Of a stretch of DNA of 64,000 nt, positions 55,935 through 64,000 are shown one piece after another. Within the stretch, counting starts at the first letter, position 1. Each line of letters starts with the position of its first letter. The position numbers and the translations under genes are program-made. The DNA is from Candidatus Omnitrophota bacterium (GTDB lineage: Bacteria > Omnitrophota > Gorgyraeia > Zapsychrales > JAHFFX01), in the NCBI GenBank assembly GCA_023247705.1, contig JAHFFY010000001.1:33358-97357 (forward strand), given 5' to 3'. The notes beneath the pieces were generated by a model. It was given only the letters and a program-made list of their open reading frames with translations, did no database searches and was not told the origin of the DNA.

Positions 55935-57330
55935 CGCCTATCACATCCTCATTGTAGATGATGAGCCGCTGATTCGACAGTCATTGTATGAAATCTTGAG
56001 AATTGAGGGCTACAAAGTACATATGGCTCAAAATGGAGAAGAAGCGATAGAATTACTCAAAAAATTTCATATTGATATTATTTTAACGGATATGAAGCTT
56101 CCTAAAATGAGCGGGCTTGATATTCTGACTTTTGTGAAAGAAAACAAGCCTGACATCGAAGTTATATTAATAACGGGTTTTGGAACAATCGAATCTGCTG
56201 TCGATGCCATGCGAAAAGGGGCTGCAGACTATATCACAAAACCAATCAATGATAGTGAAATTAAAATTATTCTTAACCAAATTGTAGAACGCAAACAAAT
56301 TCTTAAAGAAAATTTAAATTTAAAAAAGATTATCGCACAAACTTCCCGAAAATCTTTTTGCAGTATCATTGGATCCAGCCCGAAAATGCAGAAGGTCTAC
56401 CACGTGATTGACTGTGTTGCAAGCACGAATGCGACAGTCCTAATTACAGGGGAAAGTGGAACAGGAAAGGGTTTGGTGGCGAGAGCAATTCATGAAAGTG
56501 ATCAGAATCGATCCGAGAAACCTTTTGTAGAGGTCAGCTGTGGGGCTCTTTCGGAAACATTGCTTGAAAGTGAGTTGTTTGGACATGCCAAAGGATCATT
56601 TACTGGAGCAATTCGAGATAAAGAGGGAAGATTTGAAATCGCGCAGGGTGGAACGATTTTTCTCGATGAGATTGATGCATTTTCGCCTAATTTACAAGCG
56701 AAACTTTTACGCGTATTGCAAGATGGAGTATTTGAACGTGTTGGCGATAACCAAACGCGAAGAACTAATGCTCGAATTATCGTTGCCACCAATCAGGTTT
56801 TAACCGATTTAGTGGAGAAAGAACTTTTTAGAGAAGATCTTTATTACCGAATCAATGTGATTTCGATTCAATTGCCTCCGTTACGAGAACGAAGGGATGA
56901 TATTGATTCTTTAATAACGCATTTCATTCAGATGTATGCCCAAAAAAATAATAAAAAGATTACTAAATTATCAGAAGATGCCCATAAAGTTTTTATAACA
57001 TATGAATGGCCAGGAAATATTCGTGAACTGGAAAATGCCATCGAAGGCGCTGTCATTATGACGAAAGACCATGTCATTAATATTTCAGATGTCCCCAATC
57101 ATACCAAATTTTCAGCTTCAACGTCGTTAAGCACTAATAAATCATCAAGCTCTAAATCTCTTAAGAAAGTGTTAGAACAGCCAGAAAGAGAACTTATTCT
57201 TTCTGTTCTCGATGAATGCAATTGGAATCGCAACAAAGCCGCGGCGAATTTAGGAATAAACAGGACAACCTTATATAACAAAATGAAAAAATTTAAAATT
57301 ATCTTTGACCGGGTCAAAACGCATGAATAA
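55915..57330 (+). CDS. Sigma-54-dependent response regulator (NtrC/AtoC/PrsR-like enhancer-binding protein)
   Basis: Receiver domain (DIILTDMKLP), an AAA+ domain with GESGTGKG and a GSFTGA loop, and a C-terminal Fis-type HTH (AAANLGINRTTLYNKMKKF). Confidence 0.9.
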   Translation: MKKELYSAYHILIVDDEPLIRQSLYEILRIEGYKVHMAQNGEEAIELLKKFHIDIILTDMKLPKMSGLDILTFVKENKPDIEVILITGFGTIESAVDAMRKGAADYITKPINDSEIKIILNQIVERKQILKENLNLKKIIAQTSRKSFCSIIGSSPKMQKVYHVIDCVASTNATVLITGESGTGKGLVARAIHESDQNRSEKPFVEVSCGALSETLLESELFGHAKGSFTGAIRDKEGRFEIAQGGTIFLDEIDAFSPNLQAKLLRVLQDGVFERVGDNQTRRTNARIIVATNQVLTDLVEKELFREDLYYRINVISIQLPPLRERRDDIDSLITHFIQMYAQKNNKKITKLSEDAHKVFITYEWPGNIRELENAIEGAVIMTKDHVINISDVPNHTKFSASTSLSTNKSSSSKSLKKVLEQPERELILSVLDECNWNRNKAAANLGINRTTLYNKMKKFKIIFDRVKTHE

Positions 57331-58402
57331 TCCGGAATATTTAAGACATGAATTTATGGAGCAATTGATCAATAGAGAAAAATGGGTCGATATTCTGAAG
57401 CATTTTATTGATGTGTTGCAAATCGATATTTTCTTAGTTAGTCTTGATGGAGAAGTGATTATCCCTCCGTGTAAAGATAAATACGGGGGAGAATTATGGA
57501 CAGCGAATTCCGACTTCACATCCACGGGAAAAGAAAAAAATATGAATTTTTTGACAAAATTTGAGAAACACGGAATGTACCTCGAATATAATCATCATTC
57601 CGACCTGCAAAGTTTTGCAATCCCCCTACAGCTCGAAGAAGGAAAAACGCTCGCGTATATGATTGTTGGTCCTGTTGCTTTAAACAAGCGACTTGATTCT
57701 CAAGATTTGAAGAAAATCAAATCAATTACTGAAAAATTATCCGTCAATGCCGAACGTGTTGTCAGTATCTTGCATGAAATTAGAGTTGTGTCGTTTCTTA
57801 CGATGAAATCAATCCTTGATTTATTATTTGAGGTATCAAAATATGTTCTGCAGCTTAGTTCTCAGGGGCAAAAATTTCAGAAATTGACAACGAATAAAGA
57901 AAGCATCGCTCAGCAAGTCAGCGATGCAGCTCAAGATATTTATTCTTCAATATGTCTTGATGAATTACTGGTCACGCTTTTGGATGTTGCGCTCAGTATG
58001 ACAAAGACAGAATGTGGCTCGATTATGGTTTTTGATCAAAATAATCAAGTTTTAACGATTAAAGTATCCCGGGGGTTAAATACGGAAATCGCGAGTTCGA
58101 CTCAGATTAAAATTGGGCAAGGAGTTGCGGGGTATTCAGCCCAGAAGAAATTACCGCTGATTATACGTGGGACCCATGGGGATAATCGGATTAAGAGTTA
58201 TTTAAAAAGACCAGAAATTCAACATGCCCTAGTTGTCCCAATCTTGACCGAAAACAATGTGTTCGGAGTTTTAAATTTACATACAAAACGCAAGAGAAGC
58301 AATATCAATGATGAGAGCCTGGGATTAATTCAAAACCTATCCAAATTAACTTCCGCCGCTATAAGCAGTATTCAGCAAAAGCAAAACTCAGATTTTAATT
58401 AA
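57323..58402 (+). CDS. Two-domain sensory protein with C-terminal GAF domain
   Basis: The C-terminus is GAF-like (GSIMVFDQNN...GQGVAGY...VPIL). The N-terminal ~170 aa may be PocR-like but this is unassigned. ATG 57323 overlaps the regulator stop. Confidence 0.55.
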   Translation: MNNPEYLRHEFMEQLINREKWVDILKHFIDVLQIDIFLVSLDGEVIIPPCKDKYGGELWTANSDFTSTGKEKNMNFLTKFEKHGMYLEYNHHSDLQSFAIPLQLEEGKTLAYMIVGPVALNKRLDSQDLKKIKSITEKLSVNAERVVSILHEIRVVSFLTMKSILDLLFEVSKYVLQLSSQGQKFQKLTTNKESIAQQVSDAAQDIYSSICLDELLVTLLDVALSMTKTECGSIMVFDQNNQVLTIKVSRGLNTEIASSTQIKIGQGVAGYSAQKKLPLIIRGTHGDNRIKSYLKRPEIQHALVVPILTENNVFGVLNLHTKRKRSNINDESLGLIQNLSKLTSAAISSIQQKQNSDFN

Positions 58403-58553
58403 CCTATAGACGCATTAAAATTGGTATTTGAGGGAATAAATTTTTGTCTATATATATTCTTATAATATATGTTATGTTAACTTTTATGCTTAAAATTAGA
58501 GATTAATGGAGAGATATTCCCATGTTTCGTTCTTGGGATTTTATTTAGGTGGA

Positions 58554-58997
58554 TTAGGATTCAACAACCAGCTTAAATTGAACTTTATCAGGCGCTTTTT
58601 GGACTGGGGTCATTGTCTCGATTGTTTCGGAATCAATTTCGAGTAAAACATAACGATCATCTTCCGGGCTGGAGAAATATTGTCTGAGCATCGGGATGTT
58701 ATTCCAGACGAGTTCTTTCTTTTCAAGATTTTGGCTGATTTTGGCTTTCGCAGTAATCCGACAAAAGCACATTTTTCTGTCAATGTAGCAGAGTTCGATA
58801 TTGGGATTCTTTGTGATATGCTCAATTGTTCGGGAATGCGAAAGAACAGCCAGTAGTAATTGACCGTCATCTGCCAAGTGTGGCATCATGGGTCTTACTT
58901 TCGGCTTATTGTCTTCAACTGTGGCTAAGCACCCATACCCCGCATCCTTAATTAAATCAATAATCCAGTTCTTTTTTAATTCCTGTTTCTCATCCAT
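58554..58997 (-). CDS. Pyridoxamine 5'-phosphate oxidase-family (FMN-binding split barrel) protein
   Basis: CLATVEDNKPKVRPM... resembles the general-stress-protein-26-like pattern. GGAGGGA lies 8 nt upstream of ATG 58997. Confidence 0.5.
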   Translation of the reverse strand: MDEKQELKKNWIIDLIKDAGYGCLATVEDNKPKVRPMMPHLADDGQLLLAVLSHSRTIEHITKNPNIELCYIDRKMCFCRITAKAKISQNLEKKELVWNNIPMLRQYFSSPEDDRYVLLEIDSETIETMTPVQKAPDKVQFKLVVES

Positions 58998-59028
58998 TAC
59001 AATTCCCTCCATTCTTAATGTCGATCTC

Positions 59029-59829
59029 TTAGTATTGATAATTAAACTTTAATGATCCTTCTAAAGCGTTATTATTTAAGGCAACAATTTCTGCCATAAT
59101 CGCAATGGAAATTTCTTCGGGAGTTTGCGCTCCAATTTTTAGTCCCATCGGCGCGTTAATCTTTTTGATTAATTTTTCAGGGAAATTTTTTTCTCGTAAT
59201 CGTCTTATAAATTTAATTTTTTTTACTTTGCTTGAGATAAAACCAATATAACTTGCTTTTGATCGCAACGCAGCTTGTAGGCAGTTGAAGTCATTTTCGT
59301 ACCCTTGTGTCACGATAATAATATAAAATTCTTTTGTCGGTTTTATTCGTTTTAAAATTTCTACATGTTCTCCAACGTAGATCTCATCAACGTGCGGGAA
59401 ACGCTTTTTGTTGGCAAATTCGGGACGATTATCAATAATAGAGACTTTGTAGTTTAACATTTTTGCAAAAGCAGATAACGGCAAGGCAATGTGCCCAGCC
59501 CCGCAGATAACAAAATGGCGTTTTCCGGCAAACGGTTCAATGAATACTCTGATTTTCCCTCCGCAAATCGAATTGCCGGGTCTTTCATCGAATTTATATG
59601 TCACCGTCGTTGGTTTTTGGGTTTTGATCGCTTTGATGCATTCCAGATGGGCATTGCGCTCATTTCTTCCTCCTCCAATTGATCCACTCATGCTCCCATC
59701 TTCGAACACGATCATTTTAGCTCCGGTTTTCCGCGGGGTTCCTTTGAGGGTAGATTCAATAATGGTTGCAAAAGCGTAGCTTTTACCTTTTTGGGCGGCT
59801 TCAAAAGCTTTTAAAAACAAGTCATCCAT
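59029..59829 (-). CDS. xdhC: XdhC/CoxI-family molybdoenzyme maturation protein
   Basis: N-terminal ATIIES..GTPRKTGAKM...GSIGGG and the C-terminal Rossmann motif ICGAGHIA. Confidence 0.8.
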   Translation of the reverse strand: MDDLFLKAFEAAQKGKSYAFATIIESTLKGTPRKTGAKMIVFEDGSMSGSIGGGRNERNAHLECIKAIKTQKPTTVTYKFDERPGNSICGGKIRVFIEPFAGKRHFVICGAGHIALPLSAFAKMLNYKVSIIDNRPEFANKKRFPHVDEIYVGEHVEILKRIKPTKEFYIIIVTQGYENDFNCLQAALRSKASYIGFISSKVKKIKFIRRLREKNFPEKLIKKINAPMGLKIGAQTPEEISIAIMAEIVALNNNALEGSLKFNYQY

Positions 59830-59833
59830 TCAA

Positions 59834-60412
59834 TTATCTTTCTAGGACGTAGGCTTTTATGATTTTTTGCTCTTGCTGGGGACGATTGGATGGGCCAACA
59901 GGAGAATTCGAAATCTTCTCAACCACATCAAAACCGTTGGTGATTTCACCAAAAATCGTGTGAATGCCATTCAGCCAAGGGGTTGGAGCAACGGTAATAA
60001 AAAATTGACTCCCGTTAGTGTTCGGACCGGAATTGGCCATGGCCAGAAGTCCTTTGCGATCGAATTTAATCATTGGATTAATTTCATCTTCAAATTTCCC
60101 GCCCCATATACTTTTCCCATAGCGTCCGATTCCAGTGGGATCTCCACCTTGAATCATAAAATTTTTTTTCACACGATAGAATATGGTTCCATCATAATAA
60201 TTTTTATCGACCAGGCCAATCATGTTTTCGCAGGCCTTCGGTGCGATATCAGGAAATAATTTTACTTCAAAAGGACCTTGGTTGGTCTCAAAGATGATGA
60301 GTGGATTTTTCTTCAGCGATGGCTGCAGATTGTTTTCTTGCGCTCGTAACGAATTTCCGATAACACAAACGGAAAAACATATCGCAAGAATCATTAAAGA
60401 TTTCTTTATCAT
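59834..60412 (-). CDS. Secreted cyclophilin-type peptidyl-prolyl isomerase
   Basis: Signal peptide, then cyclophilin blocks FYRV...FMIQGGDP, LAMANSGPNTNGSQFFIT and HTIFG. ATG 60412 avoids a 40-nt overlap with the upstream paralog. Confidence 0.85.
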   Translation of the reverse strand: MIKKSLMILAICFSVCVIGNSLRAQENNLQPSLKKNPLIIFETNQGPFEVKLFPDIAPKACENMIGLVDKNYYDGTIFYRVKKNFMIQGGDPTGIGRYGKSIWGGKFEDEINPMIKFDRKGLLAMANSGPNTNGSQFFITVAPTPWLNGIHTIFGEITNGFDVVEKISNSPVGPSNRPQQEQKIIKAYVLER

Positions 60413-60425
60413 ATCAGATCTCGAC

Positions 60426-60983
60426 TCATTCTTGCTTGATATATGCTCTGATGATCTTTTGATCATCTACTGGACGTTCTTGAGCATCTGTCGGGACTTT
60501 ATTGATTTTGTCAACGACATCATATCCTTTGATCACTTCTCCGAACAAGGTGTATTGCATGTCATTTCGGGGGGCCGGAACGGTTGTAATAAAAAATTGA
60601 CTTGTATTTGTATCAGGTCCTGCATTTGCCATGCCAACAAGCCCTTTTCGATCAAATTTCACGAAAGGATTAACCTCATTTTCGAACGGTTTTCCCCAAA
60701 TGCTCTTGCCTCCTGCTCCCGTTGCCGTTGGATCTCCTGTTTGAATGACCCAGTCTTTGACAACACGATGGAAAATAAGACCATCATAAAATTTTTTTTT
60801 TATTAAGCCGATCAAATTTTCGCAGGCTTTGGGAGCAATGTCCGGAAAAAGTTTAATTTCAATATTCCCTTGGGTTGTTTCAAAAACAACTACGGGGCCT
60901 GAAGCATTTTGCGCCTTCGGTGCGCTACAGGAAGTGAAAGGTAAGACAGCAAAGAAAATGAGTATTAAAAACCGGTTTAACAT
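60426..60983 (-). CDS. Secreted (possibly lipoprotein) cyclophilin-type peptidyl-prolyl isomerase
   Basis: Signal peptide ending FTSC, then FHRVVKDWVIQTGDP, GMANAGPDTNTSQFFIT and YTLFG. It is a tandem paralog of the downstream gene. Confidence 0.85.
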   Translation of the reverse strand: MLNRFLILIFFAVLPFTSCSAPKAQNASGPVVVFETTQGNIEIKLFPDIAPKACENLIGLIKKKFYDGLIFHRVVKDWVIQTGDPTATGAGGKSIWGKPFENEVNPFVKFDRKGLVGMANAGPDTNTSQFFITTVPAPRNDMQYTLFGEVIKGYDVVDKINKVPTDAQERPVDDQKIIRAYIKQE

Positions 60984-61010
60984 ATCTGGGGAAAACAAAA
61001 TATTCTAAAA

Positions 61011-61541
61011 TTATGTGGCTGAAATCGCGACATTTCGATCGTTGGTCAAATTTTCTTTAAGCTCTTGATCGGTTTTTGCCTCTCTTAACTTGTCTGTCGA
61101 AGAATTGAGCTCTAATTGAAGTTTATGATTTAAATTCCGTGTTTCCAACAATTGTTTTTCTAAAATAGAATTAACGATTTGTGCCCCTTTGACAACTTCC
61201 ATTTGATGAAATAAGGCCTTCTGGAGTTTTTCAATTTCTAGACTCTTTTCTGATATCAATACTTCGAAACGCTCACATTGATTTTTCAACGTTAAAATAG
61301 TCTGATCTTTCTCATCGCTTGACGGCTTTGAGGATTTGTTTTCCTGAGAGTTTCTATATGTCATCATCCGGAGATCTTCTCTATCTTTAATTTTTAAATT
61401 AATACTTCCCTCTCTTCTGTTATATAAAATTTTGGTGATTTCGATTGGGGCAGGAGTGTTAGCGATCGTTTCCTGGGTTGTTTCTGTATCTTGGAGCGAA
61501 GAAATTTTTTCCACTTTATTGTTTTGTATTTTCTCTTTCAT
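61011..61541 (-). CDS. Coiled-coil protein, unknown function (true start may lie upstream at 61613)
   Basis: Heptad-rich and Q/E/K-rich sequence. The frame stays open for 24 more codons upstream, encoding a TM helix preceded by GGAGG. Confidence 0.45.
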   Translation of the reverse strand: MKEKIQNNKVEKISSLQDTETTQETIANTPAPIEITKILYNRREGSINLKIKDREDLRMMTYRNSQENKSSKPSSDEKDQTILTLKNQCERFEVLISEKSLEIEKLQKALFHQMEVVKGAQIVNSILEKQLLETRNLNHKLQLELNSSTDKLREAKTDQELKENLTNDRNVAISAT

Positions 61542-61642
61542 CAGAAGAGAACAAATGACATAACCTCCGACAAGGAGGATCGCTAAATAAATAAATAGAA
61601 GTAGGTTGAAAATATCTCACCTCCTTGGAAAAAACTTATTTT

Positions 61643-61670
61643 TTGACGATATCACTCAATGCGCTATAAT
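61643..61670 (+). promoter_or_regulatory. Sigma-70 promoter TTGACG-N16-TATAAT, implying a leaderless transcript
   Basis: TTGACG is at 61643-61648 and TATAAT at 61665-61670. ATG 61677 begins 7 nt after the -10 box. Confidence 0.55.
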
Positions 61671-61676
61671 ATCAGC

Positions 61677-62291
61677 ATGATTTCCTGCATTTTACTCACG
61701 GCCGGCAATAGTTCCCGTTTTGGTTCTCCCAAGGCTTTAGCGCTTTTAAATAATACGACCAATGTTATTACTCGCCTGCAGAATACGCTGCTGGCGACTC
61801 AGGTTCATGAAGTTATTGTTGTTCTTGGCGCTCATTCGGAAAAAATCAAGCCTTCGATTATTCGACATAAAAAGATCAAATCTACCGTTAATCAGGAACA
61901 CCAGTTAGGACAAACATCTTCATTTAAGACTGGCCTTCAAATGGTTTCTAATCGTTCGTTGGGGGTCATGTTGCTTCCCGTTGATTGTCCGTTTATCCAG
62001 GCGCAAACGATTGATCGACTAATACGTGAGTTCATTCAAACCAATCCTCATATCCTCATCCCGACCTATCACAAGAAAAATGGGCATCCACCGATTTTTA
62101 ACGTAAGTTTAGTCCCTGCGCTTCTTCAGATGGACAATTCCATGGGTCTTAATTCCTATCAAAAACAATCCAACATTAATACTTTCTATTTCGAAATCGA
62201 TGATGAATGGATTTTGAAAAGTTTCAATACGTCAATTGATTTCGAAAGACTAAAAAAAGAGTATTCATTGGAACATGCGGCGGAAATTTAG
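61677..62291 (+). CDS. MobA/MocA-like molybdenum cofactor nucleotidyltransferase
   Basis: The N-terminal ILLTAGNSSRFGSPKAL NTP-transferase motif and LLPVDCPF. ATG 61659 in the track lies inside the predicted promoter. Confidence 0.7.
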   Translation: MISCILLTAGNSSRFGSPKALALLNNTTNVITRLQNTLLATQVHEVIVVLGAHSEKIKPSIIRHKKIKSTVNQEHQLGQTSSFKTGLQMVSNRSLGVMLLPVDCPFIQAQTIDRLIREFIQTNPHILIPTYHKKNGHPPIFNVSLVPALLQMDNSMGLNSYQKQSNINTFYFEIDDEWILKSFNTSIDFERLKKEYSLEHAAEI

Positions 62292-62333
62292 CCTGCCATA
62301 AACTAAGCGGTTGAAGCAAACAAAAGTAATCAA

Positions 62334-62768
62334 CTATTCGGTCCAATTGTTCTGATCATTTGATTCGTTGCTTAAGAAAACAATCACTTCGGCCGTATAA
62401 TCTTCGCGGATATTCGCATTGGCAAATATTTTAGTTAATTTGTTGTCTGTCCATTTTTTAGTCTCCGAACTGATCGTGATGTTTGTGATCGCATCACCTC
62501 CGATTGAAGCCGCTTCGGTTTTTAGTCTATCAAGGATTTCTTCTTTTTTCTGATTGCGTTCCGCGTTAATCGTCACATATCCAATGGTTTTATGCGGTTG
62601 GTTGACATCTGCGAGATATTGAATTGAATTTTGGGCAGGATAGTAGTCAAACGTTGTTTCTTCGGAAGAGATTTTATAAAAACTGCATCCCAACAAGAAT
62701 GAAAACGAAAAACATAGTATGCCAAATAAAGATTTTTTAGCGTAAACGTTATGCGTTGCTTTTTTCAT
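62334..62768 (-). CDS. Lipoprotein, unknown function
   Basis: Signal peptide with lipobox LLGC. It overlaps the end of the upstream Mo-subunit gene by 20 nt. Confidence 0.5.
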   Translation of the reverse strand: MKKATHNVYAKKSLFGILCFSFSFLLGCSFYKISSEETTFDYYPAQNSIQYLADVNQPHKTIGYVTINAERNQKKEEILDRLKTEAASIGGDAITNITISSETKKWTDNKLTKIFANANIREDYTAEVIVFLSNESNDQNNWTE

Positions 62769-64000
62769 AGCCCTGCTTGCTCAGTTCCTCTTTTTCTTTG
62801 ATGGCCTTTAATATTTTATCCGGGGTGATGGGTAATTCTTTCATCCGAACCCCTATAGCGTCCTCAATCGCATTGGCAATCGCCGCAGAGGTGGGAAGTA
62901 ATGAGGCCTCCCCCATCCCCTTGGCTCCAAAAGGGCCCTCCGGGTCATTCGTTTCAATCATAATAGTTTCAATGGGAATTGCGCCAATTGACTTAGGTAA
63001 TCGATAGTTGGCGAAATTGGGATTAACCACCCTTCCATTGCGGAATTTGAGATCTTCATAAAATGTATAGCCGATTCCCATGGCAATCGAACCTTCAATC
63101 TGCCCCTCGACCGATTGAGGATTTATGGCTTTACCGATATCGTGAGCATCCCACATTTTTAGGACTTTTACCTGCCCCGTTTCTTTATTGACCTCTACTT
63201 CGGCAATCTGTGCTTCAAATCCGTAGCTTCCGGAAACATTGCCTTCCGCAGTTCTAAAATCAACTGGTGTTGTTTTGGGATTATAACTTCCTCTTCCGAT
63301 GATTTGACGTCCATAATTAAAGGAATAACAAAGGTCTAAGGCTTTGTCGAACGTCATGATGATCGAGTTGTTGGTTTTGTTTACCACTTGCTCCGCGATA
63401 ATATCTAAATCATCGATATTTAATTTATGCTCTTCAGCGACAACACTGAGGATTTGTTTTTTTGCATCCGTCGCCGCTCGTTTGGTTGCATTTCCAGAGA
63501 TAAACGTCACGCGGCTGGCAAAACTTCCGGTATCAAAAGGTGTGATTTCGGTGTCCCCGGATTTACATCGGATTCGACTATAACTTACTCCTAATTCATG
63601 AGCGGCGATTTGGGAAAGAGCTGTGTTAGATCCTTGTCCGGTATCGGCAGCACCGGTAAAAAGATAAACAGACCCGTCTTCTTCCACCTTTACGATGGAG
63701 CCAGCTGATTCATGCGATTTATACATTTTTGATCCCATGACATCGGCGGCAACGCCAATGCCAATGCCTCGGCATAAATGCTTTTGCTTCCCTCTCTTCT
63801 CTTTCCAGTTGGAAGCGGTGGCGGCTTTTTCGATGCATTCTTTCAGGCCATTGGAAGAAAGATACATTTTGTTGATTGTAACCATATTGGGTTCCGTGAT
63901 ATTTTTTAGCCGAAATTCGATCGGATCCATTCCGATCCCCTGTGCTAATAAATCGATATGGGATTCAACAGAAAATCCGGATTGCACTCCGCCAAAACCG
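62749..64000 (-). CDS. Xanthine dehydrogenase/aldehyde oxidase-family molybdopterin-binding subunit, C-terminal part (N-terminus beyond window)
   Basis: The frame is open to the window edge (..GFGGVQSGF..). The C-terminal GAKGMGE... active-site-loop region is typical of the CoxL/XdhB family. Confidence 0.8.
   Translation of the reverse strand, partial: GFGGVQSGFSVESHIDLLAQGIGMDPIEFRLKNITEPNMVTINKMYLSSNGLKECIEKAATASNWKEKRGKQKHLCRGIGIGVAADVMGSKMYKSHESAGSIVKVEEDGSVYLFTGAADTGQGSNTALSQIAAHELGVSYSRIRCKSGDTEITPFDTGSFASRVTFISGNATKRAATDAKKQILSVVAEEHKLNIDDLDIIAEQVVNKTNNSIIMTFDKALDLCYSFNYGRQIIGRGSYNPKTTPVDFRTAEGNVSGSYGFEAQIAEVEVNKETGQVKVLKMWDAHDIGKAINPQSVEGQIEGSIAMGIGYTFYEDLKFRNGRVVNPNFANYRLPKSIGAIPIETIMIETNDPEGPFGAKGMGEASLLPTSAAIANAIEDAIGVRMKELPITPDKILKAIKEKEELSKQGYEKSNA

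Noticed and set aside
1-64000. A scan for CRISPR arrays, rRNA/tRNA genes, IS elements and prophage genes.
   Set aside because: No regularly spaced direct repeats, no conserved rRNA/tRNA signatures and no transposase, integrase or phage structural motifs were recognised in any frame. This was a by-eye scan, so small or degenerate elements could be missed.

Overview
This 64-kb window comes from a low-GC bacterium (about 40% GC by eye). A Wza-type exporter, lipoproteins and an exosortase indicate a diderm. Taxonomy cannot be fixed from the sequence alone. I recognised no rRNA, tRNA, CRISPR array, transposase or integrase. Nt 1-13.5k (plus strand) are housekeeping: beta-oxidation genes (FadB/J-like, truncated by the window edge, and a long acyl-CoA dehydrogenase), an RNA methyltransferase, a 2Fe-2S ferredoxin, a cNMP-binding/ParA-like/patatin fusion protein, and a tetrapyrrole cluster (HemC-like + CobA + HemD triple fusion, hemB, hemL). 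rpoN sits on the minus strand at 13.65-15.0k. It is divergent from a consensus sigma-54 promoter (15324-15339) that opens a co-directional, tightly packed PEP-CTERM/exosortase exopolysaccharide locus of about 37 kb (15.4-52.7k). That locus encodes a Wza-like exporter, a chain-length determinant, an ExeA-like ATPase, a BY-kinase, an epimerase, two deacetylases and two ATP-grasp enzymes. It also encodes a FemAB-like acyltransferase, Wzm/Wzt plus a TylF-type methyltransferase, 13 glycosyltransferases, an O-antigen-ligase-like protein, an HTTM-DCC fusion, a DegT-type aminotransferase, and an exosortase with EpsI. A second consensus sigma-54 promoter (50298-50313) drives a priming sugar transferase and is followed by two PEP-CTERM proteins. 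Downstream (52.8-58.4k) lie a membrane protein, a TPR protein, a GAF histidine kinase, an NtrC-type sigma-54 activator and a GAF protein. The right end (58.5-64k, mostly minus strand) is a molybdoenzyme maturation cluster (XdhC, MocA-like, xanthine-dehydrogenase-family Mo subunit, truncated by the edge) interrupted by two secreted cyclophilins. The most unusual observations are: (1) a complete miniature PEP-CTERM sorting module fused in-frame upstream of the priming phosphoglycosyl transferase; (2) a GC-rich, inverted-repeat-flanked structured element exactly at the junction of a tandem GT2 duplication; (3) an HTTM (vitamin-K-carboxylase-like) plus DCC thiol-oxidoreductase fusion inside the EPS locus; (4) a HemC module lacking its cofactor-bearing domain, fused to CobA-HemD. 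All functional calls rest on motif recognition by eye; no searches were run.
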